A stretch of DNA of 61,315 bases, counting the filler, from Hausera hauseri (lineage: Eukaryota): the NCBI GenBank assembly GCA_046269625.1. It is 10 parts of 10 records of this genome, joined end to end, with 100 filler letters (N's around TTAATTAATTAA, not from the genome) between each part and the next. Parts side by side here need not be neighbours in the genome. Positions count along the whole stretch, not along the records: positions 9,827 to 14,996 come from JBJURY010316829.1; positions 15,097 to 19,671 come from JBJURY010522126.1; positions 19,772 to 26,406 come from JBJURY010066216.1; 7 more parts are not named here. The stretch is one strand, 5' to 3'. The notes beneath the pieces are model-generated. The model made no database searches. It was not told the origin of the DNA and saw only the letters and a list, made by a program, of their open reading frames with translations. Of this stretch, positions 12,400-25,884 are shown piece by piece. Position 1 is the stretch's first letter; each line of letters opens with the position of its first letter. Made by a program: the position numbers and the translations under genes.

Positions 12400-12758
12400 G
12401 CAACTTATCAATATTAATTATTATTTTGATTAATTAATTACTTTGATACCTTGGATAACATTGTCTGTACAAAATGCAATATTAGTGGCGATACTCATTA
12501 GAGGTTTAACGTGATTAAAAACAAGGAGACATTTACATACACAAGGATTTATTATTTATACATAAATGTTCACATAGTCATAGTCAATTATCTCGGACTG
12601 CGGAGTTTCAAATTACGCAAATGTTATTATTATTTTCGGATCACATGGATAAATGTTGATGTAAATATTTTAATTCGATTCAGGTTTTCTGGATTCGAAC
12701 TGAATCATGGTTTTCTGGTACTGTTTTTGTTGTAATGAATTATTAAGGAACCTTAACA
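12400..12758 (-). repeat. Solo LTR-like repeat, same family as 43320-43750
   Basis: Shares blocks TTACTTTG..CCTTGG.TAACA, GATAC.CAT.AG.GGTTTAAC, TTTATTATTTATA, CACATAGTCATAGTCA and the terminus TTAAG.AACC..AACA with the 43-kb copy. Left boundary approximate. Confidence 0.7.
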
Positions 12759-13407
12759 AAAGTAATACCGAATTCAAGTTGCTTTGAAACGTTAAATATG
12801 GGCCATTTACGGCATTATCATATTTTACTGACGTTTTTTAAATTTTAGAGTTATGGGAGCTGTAGTTAATATCGGCAAATCGAATTTGCAATAATTCAAA
12901 ACAGATGTTTTATTCCCGATTTTCTTCCTCTGAATTTACTGATACACAATACAAACCTCCTTAGTACGCCTCGCCTTAACGAAAGTTTTATCGTATTTTT
13001 TCCCAGCAAGATAAATTTTGGTAACATGCATTAGAATGTTTGTGTGCCATTCTTTGAAATACTTTACGATTACATTAATTGTCGACATTTCTAAAATAAT
13101 TGAAAGTTCGGCGATATTACTAGATTATCCTTTTACAAGTGATTTGAATCTGTATAAATATAGGATTAGTGAGTTGGAGAAGTTAGTTCATTGCTCACAT
13201 TTCCCTACCAATTATTAATGACTAATTATTGATAATAAAATTTAAAAAGCGAACACTAGATCTATTATTAACAACATTTGTATACATCTAATTCTATTTA
13301 TCGACAATGTCCGTTTGTAATAGGCAACTAAAAAAGTATTTCTTTATGTTGCGGTATTCGTTTTTTAGATCGGAATATTTTCACCAATTGACAGAGTTCC
13401 GAACAAT

Positions 13408-14319
13408 TTATATTAACAAATTTAGCCGCCCTTCGTGGATAACATCGAAATTATTTTTTCTCTTTAATAATTCAGTGGTAATTGTCTTTTGTAATTTGGT
13501 AAACACCGTTTCAATGGGATTGAGAAACGGCGAGTGCGGCGGTAACGCCACAATTTCATGTACATTTATCGACTGACAGTTTATTGGAGCATTATTGTGA
13601 ATTAAATAATGCCGTCTACTTGGTAACTTTTGGGATAATTCATTTATAAATGTTTCGTAACCATCTTGATTGAAATATCCAAATTGGGCTTTGTAATGAA
13701 TTGGACCAGTTTTACAAATAGCCATCACCAGATTTAAAGAATCTTCATTCGAATTTTGCGTAACTAAATCGACTTTATTTCGAAAACAAGATTGTTTTTG
13801 TCCTTGCTGAGTCCTCAAATTCATAGATAATTCACCAATGTACACGCAATCTCTACTCTGCCAAGTTTCCTCCAAATGACGCCTCACATACTTGTACCGG
13901 AGATTTTTAAATTTTAATGAATTTTTGTCGGAAACGGTTTCCTGTTTTACCTTCACTTTCTGAAATTTTCTGTTCAAATATCGGGCCATTATTCCCATTG
14001 AGCATTTTTTCTAGCACGTCTTTTCAAGATAATCAAACATATGTTTCAACTTTGCTTGAGGAACCTGTTTAATATATTCGAGAAGATTCTTTTCTGTGGA
14101 ATCATTTATCATGGATTTTTTATGACTGCCACGATGTCCAATACTGGTGCGGCCATATTTCCTATACCTGTAAATGATACTTTTTACTGTTGTTTTAGGC
14201 ATGCCCAAACGTTTCCCCAAAAAAATGTAATTCTGACCATTTAAATAGGCTGTAACAAGCTCTTCTTTGGTTAATTTTGAGATTCTACCAATAAATTTAG
14301 TGTCACATGTATTAAACAA
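13408..14319 (-). mobile_element. Degenerate IS630/Tc1-superfamily transposase (HTH + DDE_3)
   Basis: The two ORFs are in one frame split by a TAG at 14011. HTH LGMPKTTVKSIIYRYRKYG; CVYIGE (D->G), IHNNAP (D->N), LPPHSPFLNPIE. Confidence 0.85.
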
Positions 14320-14996
14320 GTTTTACGATAATCTTGTTTTCTTTTCTTTAACGAGAACTAGTGGCAAATTGACGTCAATCTCATCATGACTTGTAAGAAT
14401 CGTTATTAACTACTGAAAGCAATTTTAAATGGTACCTCTGCTCATTTTGACAGGTGACACAATTAGTTCAGGAATTTTTAAACAATCACCGGACAGTAAA
14501 TCACTTTCACTGTTGACGTCAGTCACACAATTTTCTTCGTAAAATTTTAAGACCCTATTTGCAACGTTAATGCCATATTAAAAAATATTACGATGATATT
14601 CTTCTCTTCCTTTTTAGCGGAACTGCATGCATATTTGCGACATTTTCATTATGGCATCTGAGACATACAAATCTTACTTGCCAACAATAATCATAAAATT
14701 TACCCTTCATCCATTTTATGAGTTTCCGAAATTGAAATTTCAAAGATACTTTTGAAAAATTTTATAAACTTGTCAGTTTTTGAATGTCTTACAATATTAT
14801 GAAAACCCAAAAGTAATTTCAAACACGAGGAATAAAAAAGTCAAAGCATAGCGTGTACTGACATATAAAAATTAGGTATATAGTACAAATATTAAAATAG
14901 ACCATTGTCTCGTTAGATGCTATTTATATTCCTAGTTTACTTGAATAAAATGATTCAAGAAAATATGCGTAAAATTTAGAAGTGTATTTTTACAAC

Positions 14997-15096
14997 NNNN
15001 NNNNNNNNNNNNNNNNNNNNNNNNNNNNNNNNNNNNNNNNTTAATTAATTAANNNNNNNNNNNNNNNNNNNNNNNNNNNNNNNNNNNNNNNNNNNN
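14997..15096. other. Artificial contig linker
   Basis: N44-TTAATTAATTAA-N44. Confidence 0.98.
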
Positions 15097-15336
15097 ACTA
15101 CTACTACTACTGCTACTGATACTAAATCGTTTGAGTCAATTTGGATTACACAAACCAATTAGCCAATTCCGAAGGAGAAGAATGATGGAGACCATGAGAA
15201 TTAATCGTATTGCAATATTGCTTCAAGCAAATTTCGTCTGCTGACTGCTACGTAGGAATGTAATCCGTCTGACTACCACCACCACGTTTGACAAAATTGG
15301 TCGTAAATTGTACTTGACGAGGATTATCATCTAACG

Positions 15337-15983
15337 TCATTTTTCATATGTTCGAAAAATCTTACGGAATAAAGATTCCATATCACCAGCAACCTGCTTC
15401 ATATAGCGTAGATAAGGTTCTCGTGCCCTCCAGTTCTGCTTAGCAAGTAGAAGTAGCTCTTCCGGAGGCAAATATCGAGTATTTTCCAAAGGTTGATTGA
15501 GATTGTACAGGTGGTTCCGGAGACCGTCGAATGAGTGGTATAAGCTAATGAGTTGTACCGTCAAGTGAGATATTGTATAATGTTATGGAAAGAAAGAATC
15601 AGAAGAAGAAGTAGAAACACAAGTATTTATACTGCAATGTAGCTTGAACACACAAACGCACAAAATAAAAATAAACACGTAGCGAAATTATATATTTATG
15701 TGGGGTTAAATACGGCCAATCAACTTTTCCATTATAATACAAAGCGAAGCAGTAAATACAAGTTCAATGAGGAAATTAATCCGTCGTTGTTGTTTTGTTG
15801 TTTTTGTCTCATTTCATCCTCGATACGTTTTACGAACAGAGATCTGACTATCAATTTGATATATTCTCGCCTGCTCTTTATTCTCGTTTCTGTGAGGTCA
15901 TATAAAAACTATACATCAAATACGTGTCCCGCCATTATGTCGTTGGTCAATTTCTGAATCTCACCTTCAAAGTACTGTTCCAT
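15337..15983 (-). other. Two small decayed ORFs divergent from the pPolB (15983-15733 with one stop; 15564-15337), probably element accessory genes
   Basis: Short intronless helical-looking frames, each preceded by TATAAA on the minus strand. No family recognised. Confidence 0.3.
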
Positions 15984-16136
15984 TTGATTAGTAGTAGTAA
16001 TAGTAGTAGAAGTAGTGGGAACAAATGTTTATAAAAGAGTAGGGGTTATGCTTAACGTTTAATTTTAAGCGTTTATTTTATTTATAATTTTAAATGTTGT
16101 TAATTTGTTTAAATTTAGAAATTTAAGCAATATCCC

Positions 16137-19100
16137 ATGTACTGCGTCTTGCGTCCACATATGGAGGAGGAGGATCAGTGCCATCAAGACATGGCAAAAT
16201 ATTACAAAATTGGTCCGGAGACGTATGTGCGTCTAACTTGTGATGTTCCAACCGGCTGTCCGTACCCCGACTTTTATGAGATGCACAAGCATCATCTTGG
16301 TCCATTTACGCGGCCCAAGAAGATGATGCATGTGCATTGTCCCACATACCCACACCACTGTAGTAATAAAGTGCACAAAGTTAGTGGTTGTCATAGTACA
16401 ATGGAGCAGTACTATGGCATAACAACAACGCTGCACAATAAACGGGCGTACGTTTGTCCCGGTTGTTCAATAGTTAAAGCTCATATCATTTATGAACAAT
16501 TTTATAGTCTGCACAAAAACCACTTAAACCAGTTTAAGCGGTGGAAGAAACAAATATTTATGGACAGCAGTAGCAGCAGCATCCTGTCAACAACAACAAC
16601 AACCAGAAGGAAACGTCAGGCCTCAACACGTCTTGGCGACTTAACCAGAAACAGTACCCAGCAGCAACATCAGCAGCAGCAGGAACAGCATCAACAAGAA
16701 CAGAAGGTCAGTATTCTCAACTTTACATTCAAGTACGATCTGAACAGATCATGCGTGGACATGCAGTTGGACATGTCGGCGAAAACAGTACCGCAATTGA
16801 AAAATGTACTTGCTCATGTGCGTAACCGGTTGGAAACAAAGGTGGCCAAATTCCAGTACCACCACCACTGCAAAGTACAATATTATGTACTTGCAGAATT
16901 TAAAAATTTGGAATGTGACAGAAAACAATAGTACCCGTTACATCGAGCACTACCGTATTTCGAAGATTTTATTTCCAACGTAAGTGAGAAGCTCGAGGAG
17001 AAAATCGCCAACTACACAGAAAAAGTTAGTGGATGGCGAATTATAAGAATTGCCACTCTGGTCATAACAAAGTCGAGTGATATGATATATTTGTCTGGAC
17101 GACCATTCATACCTACACCTACAGCTTTGAAGCAGTCTCTGGCGGTGGTGAATGTAAAAAATACCAACGATAAATACTGTTTTATTTATAGTATTTTATT
17201 TATAGTCCTGTATGTCCTCATGGATTCAGGTTGGAAACAACATCAGAGAAACATGTGACTCTGTGTGGACAAATTTTATCTGGAACCACAATGTATGTCG
17301 TGCCCGTCAAAAAGAAACTCAGTTTCACTGATTGGTCAATAATAGATTGTCCGGCATATGTAGTATATGCCGATATCGAAGCTATCTTACCGCGGCACAA
17401 CATATCTGACCAAAAACATGTTCCAATCGCCGTCGGTATGTTGGTTCTCCGAATAAAAGCCGCACGTCGTCAACCTCTATATTACATTTTTCATGGCTGG
17501 AACTGTGTACGTGATTTCCTGCAGCAGTTGGAAACAATATTAAAAACGTAAATCGCACCCTGGTACAGCAGAAATAGCAATAAACCTTTGATGTGGACAG
17601 ATGAAGATGAACGCCTGACGTTTGCAGTCACAGATGAATGTTACCTATGCCACAAAATATTACCGTTTGATGCACAGGAACGGCTCGTATGGGATCATGA
17701 TCATTTTACCGGTCGATATTTGGGAGCAGCATGTAATTCATGCAATTTGGCAATGCGTGTGCGGCCATTTCTACCGCTGGTATTTTATAACTTTCGAGGT
17801 TATGATTGTCACCATGTTTTGAAGTGGGCCATCAACGGATTTCCGCACTGAGAACTATCCATAATTCAAACAACGATGGAGAAGTACCTGTTCCTATCGG
17901 CACGCATAAACCGGTTCCAGATAAGGTTTATTGACTCATTGCAGTTCCTCAGTGAGTCTCTAGGAAAGCTCGTAAGTGCCTTGCCGGATGTGCCGATAAT
18001 GCTGACGCAATTCCCTGCGCATATTGCACGTACAAAGGCATACTCCCATATGACTTTGCTGTGTCGTACAAGCGGCTTCAGACAGCAGACGAATTGCCGC
18101 CACAATGGACCGGAATCAAAGAGGAAGAGTACTACAGAGCACAGGAAGCGTGGACAGAGCTCGGGTGCAGAAACATGTTGGATATGTTTTAGACATTTGG
18201 TGCTAAGGCTTTGGCGGAAGATAGACTGGAGCCGCTAAACTTTTATTCCATATCGGGGATGAGTTGGGCATCGACACTAATGTAGCTGGACAGGGAAATT
18301 GAGCTGTTGCAAGAACCGGAAATGTACAGACTATTTGATGTTGGTATTCGTGGTGGAATAACATTTGTCAACAAGCATCACGTAACCCGTGATAACGATG
18401 ATGATACAACGTCAATGTTGTACATCGATATTAATAACCTGTACGGCTGGGCGTTTTTGCAACCCTTGCCGTACGGTTCATTTGAATGGATAATGGATAG
18501 ACAAGAACCGGATACATTGCTGGACAGTCTGCCAACAGCAAACACGACAGAAAGCAGCTCAGTCGGCTACCTAATGGAAGTCGATCTTTTGGTACCAGAT
18601 GAGCTGCATGACGCTCTGGATGAATTACCCGTGGCACCAATCAGTCAATGTCCGCCCGGCGCAAAAGTAAAGAAATTTTAGATGACGCATGAACCCAAAT
18701 CGAATTACGTTGTTCATTGGCGTATATTGCAGTTTTACATGTAGCTCGGTGTACGCGTCACACAGCTGCATCGCGCAATCCGCTTCAATCAGGCGCCGAT
18801 ATTCAAGGCATACATTGGAAATTCGGAGAAACGAGCCGCAGCTTGTACAAAGTTCGAAAAGGACTACTACAAGTTGAAAAATAACTCTCTCTACGGCAAA
18901 ACAGTAGAGAACCTCGAAAAGCGACTCAATGTGCGCCAAAGTAACAATGAAATGCGGCTGGTTACGTACACTAGCAAGGCTCAGTTCAGGCGGTCAATGC
19001 ACATTGCCGATGGATTGGTTGCGGTGCTGTTAAACCGGGAAGAAGTCGGACTGGACCGACCAAGCTATATCGGACAAGTGGTATTGGACCTGAGCAAGTT

Positions 19101-19664
19101 GCGAATGTACGAGCTCTAGTATCGCGACGTGGCAGGTTACAGGCAAATGTTTGACAGCTGTGAGATCAGTATCGTTGCCGGTGACACAGACAGCTTTTTC
19201 CTTGAGCTGAAAAACGTCAGTCGCGACAAACTGCTCCGGCAAATGATGGCAGGTGGACTACTGGACACGTCCAAATACCCACAGAATCATCCTCTGTATA
19301 GCAACGCCATCACGAAAAAATCGGCTGCTTGGAGGATGAAAGCGAAGGCCGTGCTTAGTACCGAGAATGGATATTCCCACGCCAAAATGCTACAGTCGTC
19401 TGACGGACTGTGGACCGAAAATACGCGCAAAAGGCGTTCAGGTGGCCCAGACGGAAATCCACCACGGTGATTATTGCCGTATCTATGAAAATGGGCACGG
19501 AGGTGGGCAATCAAAGGCTTTTGTGTCACACGATCATCCGATCGATTGAGCGCCAGCTGTATACGGTAGCGAATAAAAAAATCGCTTTATCATGCAATAA
19601 TGATAAGCGTAAGTGGGTGGGGCGGAATAAGAGTTGGGCGTACGGACATTGGCGTTTGGCATAA
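16137..19664 (+). mobile_element. Fragmented protein-primed family B DNA polymerase of Polinton/Maverick (adintovirus-like) type with endonuclease VII-like insertion
   Basis: In order: SGWRI, VNVKNTNDKYCFIYSIL, ExoI YADIEAIL, CYLC..DHDHFTGRYLGAACNSCNL, ExoII YNFRGYD, FIDSLQFL, motif A YIDINNLYG, motif B YKLKNNSLYGK, motif C GDTDSF, AKGV, terminal YGHWR. Many stops and frameshifts. Confidence 0.92.
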
Positions 19665-19671
19665 AATAACA

Positions 19672-19771
19672 NNNNNNNNNNNNNNNNNNNNNNNNNNNNN
19701 NNNNNNNNNNNNNNNTTAATTAATTAANNNNNNNNNNNNNNNNNNNNNNNNNNNNNNNNNNNNNNNNNNNN
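19672..19771. other. Artificial contig linker
   Basis: N44-TTAATTAATTAA-N44. Confidence 0.98.
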
Positions 19772-22147
19772 TTATCTTAAAACAACTATATGTGACAATG
19801 GTACATTAAGATATTTAGATTTAAGACAACAGAAATTTTTAAAACTTTTTATTTCAAATGTAATACTGTAGTACCATGCTTGTTTCTCATACACACGAAA
19901 GTGTCTGTATGTGTGCTTGAACAAATTAAGGTGCGGAATTGATAACTGACCAATCAAAGCTTGGTTTCCTGATCACATGACAATTGGCCTATGGCAGCTT
20001 CCCTTGTCAGACGTGAACCTGTTCTGGCTCGGTTAATAACGCATTATTTGAAACTTCAGCGGATGAGTAAGTAGTGTTGTTCTTTTATGCCTCGTAGAGA
20101 AATGATGCTTGAAACAGACCAGAATGCTAAAGCAGTGCCTCTTATCACAGCGACATTTCCATGCTTTGCACAGCTTGAACTGAATTGTAGGCTCTGTGTA
20201 GCACTTGCATATTTGGAATACGTTAAACAAATCTGTTTATTTTGTGCATTTCATTGTTTCACGGTTTATTTGCGTGTCTCTGTATTTTTATGATACTTTA
20301 TTTTCTTATCAGAAATGGGGTACGTGACGAGAATGACCGGTCCGTTGACATGTCCAAACATGCCTGTAGATAATATAAACAGAAATGGTTAAAGGGGTCC
20401 CCACGTCTATGAAGTCCCTTGTGTCAACAAACAAAACTAAATGCTTAGTGGGGCTGATCATGTCCATACATGCCCATATTTAAAAGAAAAAAAGAGGTTC
20501 TTGTGAAATTTACTTTTATCAATCAAATTTTACATGCATTTAATTAATGCATGCAATTTGTTCTGTTACTAAAATATTTGCCGTTACAAACAATGCCTTA
20601 TTTTTGGAAATAATTTTTTGTTGATAGTCTATTACTCTTCTTTTGAAGTCTATTTTGCAGTCAAAAAGGGCATCAACTTTATAGCTTGTTTTCAATCTTT
20701 CATTAATTGCAGAAGTGTTGAAGGTAGATACTTTATTACTGTATCAGACAGCTTTCATGTAAATTATCTACAAATCATGTCATACATGGCAGCATAGCTT
20801 CTTATCCTATCTGCTACATTTTTGCGCAACAGCCAGCATGTGTGTGCATGTTAACTTCCAAACAGTGAACGCCTGCATTAAATTTAAACATGACTTTTTT
20901 GCTTGTCCTTTTTTTTTTTTTTTCCATACAGGTGAGAAATGGATACGCCAACCAGGACATCCTCTTCACAGCATCTAAAAGTAAGAGACAAATTTCCCTT
21001 GCTTCTTAGAAGGCATTGCTCTTCATAGGAAAAAAAAAATAATAATAAAAATAAACCAGATAGGTTACAGTATACCTGTTGTCTTTGTAAACACAGAATG
21101 TGAGATTCAGTGACACGAACACAGTCATCCTTTTCACAACCTGGCAGGATCCGGGCAACCTCAGGCCTCTGAGGAAGAGGAGGAGGTCCCGGAGCCGGGT
21201 TAGTGACAAGTGTCCAAAAAAACATGTCTGACACTCCCAGTTAAATGCCCGGGTGCCCCACAGTGTACTAAGGACCTGTGCAATTTAGTGCCGAGTTTAG
21301 AGGCAGCAGCAGCGAGGACCGACGGTGGACAGTAGTGGAGTGCATTTACTACAGTACATTCCTTGTGTATCTTTACTTTGAGTATTTTTTGGGGCACTTG
21401 TGACTTTCACTGGACTACATTTCAAAGACAAATATTGTACTTTTTACTCTGCTACATTTCTAAGAAGCTTTTAGTTACTTGTTGCTTTTGGTTCAGTAGA
21501 ATTCTTTTGTTTTTTGCTATTTTTCTTTCCTGAAATGTAATTGGCCACACGTTATGTACCTCGCAAGGGGAACCATCACAGTCATAGCTCGCATCTAGGA
21601 TAGATTTGGAACGACGTCACCTTCATTAGCAGCGGTGAGCCGAGCTCCACCTTCATTTCAAACCGAACCCAGCAATGGGGATGCTTGAAAAGAGTAGAGA
21701 AACCAGCTTGATGACCAGATATCAGCTCCATGCATGAGAATTTAGCACTGAAAATACTTCCTGACAGTTTAACCATCTTGTCCTCCACATAATCGTGTGG
21801 TTTCTGATGTTAGAAAATGTAATTTCTACTTTTTAAATGCATGCACTTAAGTATTTTCAAAATTAAGTACTTCAATATGAATGAACGGGCCCCCAAAGGT
21901 GATAGCTTTTCTTTGTTACATTTCCCAACAAACATAACCAGTAAATGGAACACATTCTGCACAAATTGACACATCCATAATGCTTTGTATGTTGACTGTT
22001 TTGCATCTGATGCTCTGATGATCCTGCCCAACATCTGAACTGGCATTCAAGTTAACGTCTCTTTCTTGTTTTCTTTTCTACTCCAACAGAAGCGCCATCG
22101 CCACCATCCTTACTCCACCAGCACCGTCCTCCAAAAGCCTCCTGAGG

Positions 22148-22247
22148 ATGTCTGCCCATCACAGTCAGCTCCAGATCTGATGGCGCCGGAATGTTCCTCG
22201 TCCCCTCCAGATGTCTGCCCATCACAGTCAGCTCCAGATCTGATGGC
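22148..22247. repeat. Two direct copies of a 38-bp unit
   Basis: GATGTCTGCCCATCACAGTCAGCTCCAGATCTGATGGC at 22148 and 22210. Confidence 0.9.
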
Positions 22248-23679
22248 AGAGTCTGATGACTGAACAATAAAAGAGTTTTTGAACAAATCATTGTGTTATC
22301 AATTTGTAAATATCATAATTTTATTTATTCATCAGGTACATTGAATATTACATGTATTGCACTTACTATTGTCAGAATTAAATTTAGGTTTATGAAAAAT
22401 CCATTAAGCTGGTAGGTGAGTGAAAAAACAGGCAAGTCAAAAAAGCTAATGGCAAAAAGTAGTCAAAAGTCAAAACAGATCAATGTGAGAAAAAGAGTTG
22501 GTAAATGATTTCAAAATGTGTGTGAAAAAAGGAAAATAACCAAGCATATCAGCTATTGAGGGAATAAATTGGGGAAAAAAAACTTAAAATAAAATCATGA
22601 AAAGCCTGCAATTTAATTTGCATTAATTGAATTGTATGTATCTCCCACTTAAAAGTCAAACTGTGAAGTCATAAAACCGTAACGCTGGTGATTATATGTA
22701 AAAGCTGCCTGCCATACTTGAGCTTCCTGCTGGAATGATCTTCTGCTGCCAGCAGAGAACCAGGAAGAACTTTAGTACTGAGACTTGAGGGCAAGGAACA
22801 ATCCACAGAGAAAAAGGGTTTTCAGACTCTGATTTGGAAACAAAACAAACCAAAACAGTCGATCCACTCATCCTTATTAAAACCGTAGCAATAATAGGTG
22901 AGCGCTCTGTTGAAGTCGCTGCAGCTCCTGCAATTGTCCAGCAGAGGTCGACAGGAGACCTAATGCATGTCTGAACAAAATGTAAACAAAACCTTATCAG
23001 AATATTTTACGAAAACCTGATATAAAACTTAAATATTCTCCATCTTTAAGAGCATTTAACTGTTGACCTGTGTTCTGTCACTTCTGCAGACTTTAGTTTT
23101 TATTTGAATTTATTTTGTGCATCATAGAGTTTGTATAACGTTTGTGTGTGTGTGTGTGAACCCTGCTGTGACACCCAAATTTCCCCTTGCAGGACAAATA
23201 TTATGCTATTTCTATTCTATTAACTTTAAGTTCTATGGGTTTTTCCTGGAAAGCAGCTTGTTTCTCACGCTGGGGTCTGAATGACTCCAAGTAAATGCGT
23301 CTTTGAGGACTGCACACTTTCCACAATTAACCAGTTGAAGGAAATTGTGTAAATGGTTACGTTTGAAACCGAATAAGAGTTGGGGTGGGGTGTTTTTTCG
23401 CACGTGTTGTCATGCGTCTGCTCTAGCATCAACAAGTTATATTAGTTATGTTGTGACAAATATCACCTCAAGCGGAGTAACCAGGAATAACCTTGGAGGT
23501 GTCAAAAGAATGAATAATGCTGAATTATTATATTGTTAAATTATAGTTGTGAAGCTAAGTGGAGTCTGAAATGGCAAATATTTAAGAACAAACAAGTGGT
23601 TAGTGAGACATTATTCAGACACGCCATTTTGAACAGAAGATTTATTTATTCTGAGAGCGAGTGGTGCAGTCTGTAAACA

Positions 23680-25884
23680 CAGCGCAGTTCAGTCAGCTCC
23701 TGGCACTTCTCTTTGAACATCTTCTTGTGATGGGCTGGAATGAACCGATAAAAACCTGGAAGATGGAGGACATGAGATTGGTTCACCTGCCTGACACCTC
23801 AGACTTCAGCTCTTGAACACAACAAACCTCGGAGCAGACTGTGGTTATGCTGGTCTTCAAACAGGACCGAGATCTTGGCCAGCAGGTCGTCCAGCCGGTT
23901 ATCCTCCTTGTAGGTCTGCAGAGCCACAAAGATCTGGTGGACCGACTCGTCACAAAGGTTCTTCTTCAAATCTGCCAGTAACCGGCTGGCATCATCTTGC
24001 CCCGACATGTCAGAGACACTCAGGTCCTTTAACAATACAAGAACTGTTATTAAAATGTCACTAGGAATTAAAAGCAGCGGTTAGCATCCGCGGAGCCAAC
24101 ATTCTTGTTCAGTCATTAGCGTTACCTTCTCTTAATGTTTCTATGGTTAGGATTAGCACAACTAAGATTCTTGTTTAGCATATTCACGGTTCATGAAGCC
24201 TACTTTTTGTTTCGCCATTCCCACCACTGTATCCAGTGATTCATGAGATATTTTGCTGACAGACAGGTAGTTACACAATCGTTAGCCTTGTATTATGGCA
24301 TGTAAGAAAAAAAAAAGAATCTGGATCTGGTCTCCCTTATTTCAAAACTAAAAGCTCAAATGTGCAGCACAGGACTAAACGTACCGGCTTCTGAATAACC
24401 CTCATCTTTCCTTTCCGTCTTGGGACTTGATCCCCCCATCTATTCTCACACTGAAGGAGCAGCGTGGACAAAGGTGCAGTCTTCAAAGAAAAAAACATAA
24501 AATGTGCTTTTAAACTTTAACGTTTGTTTTATAAAATCACTTGTTGAAATTTGCTACTTGTTTTTTTTTTATTTGATCAGTTTTCGTAAGTAGACCCTAC
24601 CTCTTCAGCAACATCGTCTCTAGGGAAACGATCAGCTCTATCCAGAGCATTCAGCAGATTGGACGGTTTCTGACCCTCCTTCCATTCAGACTTGGAGAAT
24701 GTAGTCATCCCACTGCCACAGCTTTTTTCATCTAAACAGGTAAACATCCTTTTGTAAAAAAATAGTTTGTAAACATTTGTCTGTAAACATTTGCTTTCAG
24801 GCTCAGTAAATACACCTGGTGATGTAAAACTGTCAGAGAGACAGACTCGTCTCCTCTTTAGACTGAGCAGGTGAGAGTCCTGGACTTTGGCCCTCTTGGC
24901 AAAGGAGCTTTCAGAGGAGGCCTCCTGTTTGGCGTTAGTTTCTGTCTGGGCAGGAGCGGTGGAGGGGTGTGATAAACACTCAGCTGCAGGAGCTTCTGCT
25001 GCAGGTGTTTTTATAGCCACGGGCCTCTGGTACATTCAGAAACACAGTTAGCTTTGTCTGAACTAAATAAAGAGATGTTAAATGTTCTGAACGGAACAGG
25101 TGAACTCACCATTGACTGTGCATCCCTGAAGAACTGACAGACGTTACGGATCATGTTCCCAAAGTGGGGGTGGAAGCGGACATGCGGTCTGACCCACGAG
25201 GGCAGATTCATTAGACTGTCATGATTTGAAAACCTGCCGGGAGGGGAGGGGGTTGGGGGGGGTGGCTATCATCTTTGAATCAATGGAAGTTGTACGCTTT
25301 AAACAGAGACCATAAATAAACCTCTGAACCAATGCATTAGCTAGACCATGTGTTTTCTAACTACCATCAAGTCCAAAAGACAAAAAATTCAACAAAGATC
25401 TTGTCCAGAGGACCTGACTAAACAATAAAAAAAATTTCAACCAGGATTATTGAGATGCATCCTGACAAATACCTCAAGGTTTAATTATAAGATTGCAGAA
25501 TTCTGTCATGATTCATGAGCAACACGTCTCACCTCTGATCACACAAGAAGATGGCTCCGTAGGCTTCCCTGGGGCGGAGAACTCTGCCGATAGCCGGGTT
25601 CACGGCTCTGAAGGCCTGCTGCTTGTACCACTCCTGCCCAGACAGAAACTAACCACAAACAGGAACAAATACCAGAACCACCTGTTAATCAACACAGTCC
25701 GAGTCTCATCAACCTGTTTATTAAACATTCCGCTCACCTCCATCCCAGGAGTCTTCTTGCGACACATTTCATCCAAAAACTGCATCTTCATGGCAACCCG
25801 AGGGTCCAGTTTCGGAGGAAAAGGGAGGCCAGTGATGACAACGCCTCGAGCGAAGGAGTCGGCAAAATCCAAACCCTCGCTGGC
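23680..25884 (-). CDS. RTEL1: Regulator of telomere elongation helicase 1, partial multi-exon gene, vertebrate/teleost-like (exons 25884-25738, 25648-25533, 25233-25110, further exons to ~23680, probably more downstream)
   Basis: [25 protein letters not shown]; [19 protein letters not shown]...[10 protein letters not shown]; [10 protein letters not shown]...[13 protein letters not shown]; harmonin-homology-like segment ending LLRG|[17 protein letters not shown] boundaries checked for the first three exons. Confidence 0.9.

Noticed and set aside
22760-22790. RTEL1 PIP-box-like QVSVLKFF on the minus strand
   Set aside because: The reading frame of this putative exon is not established, and another frame looks equally plausible.
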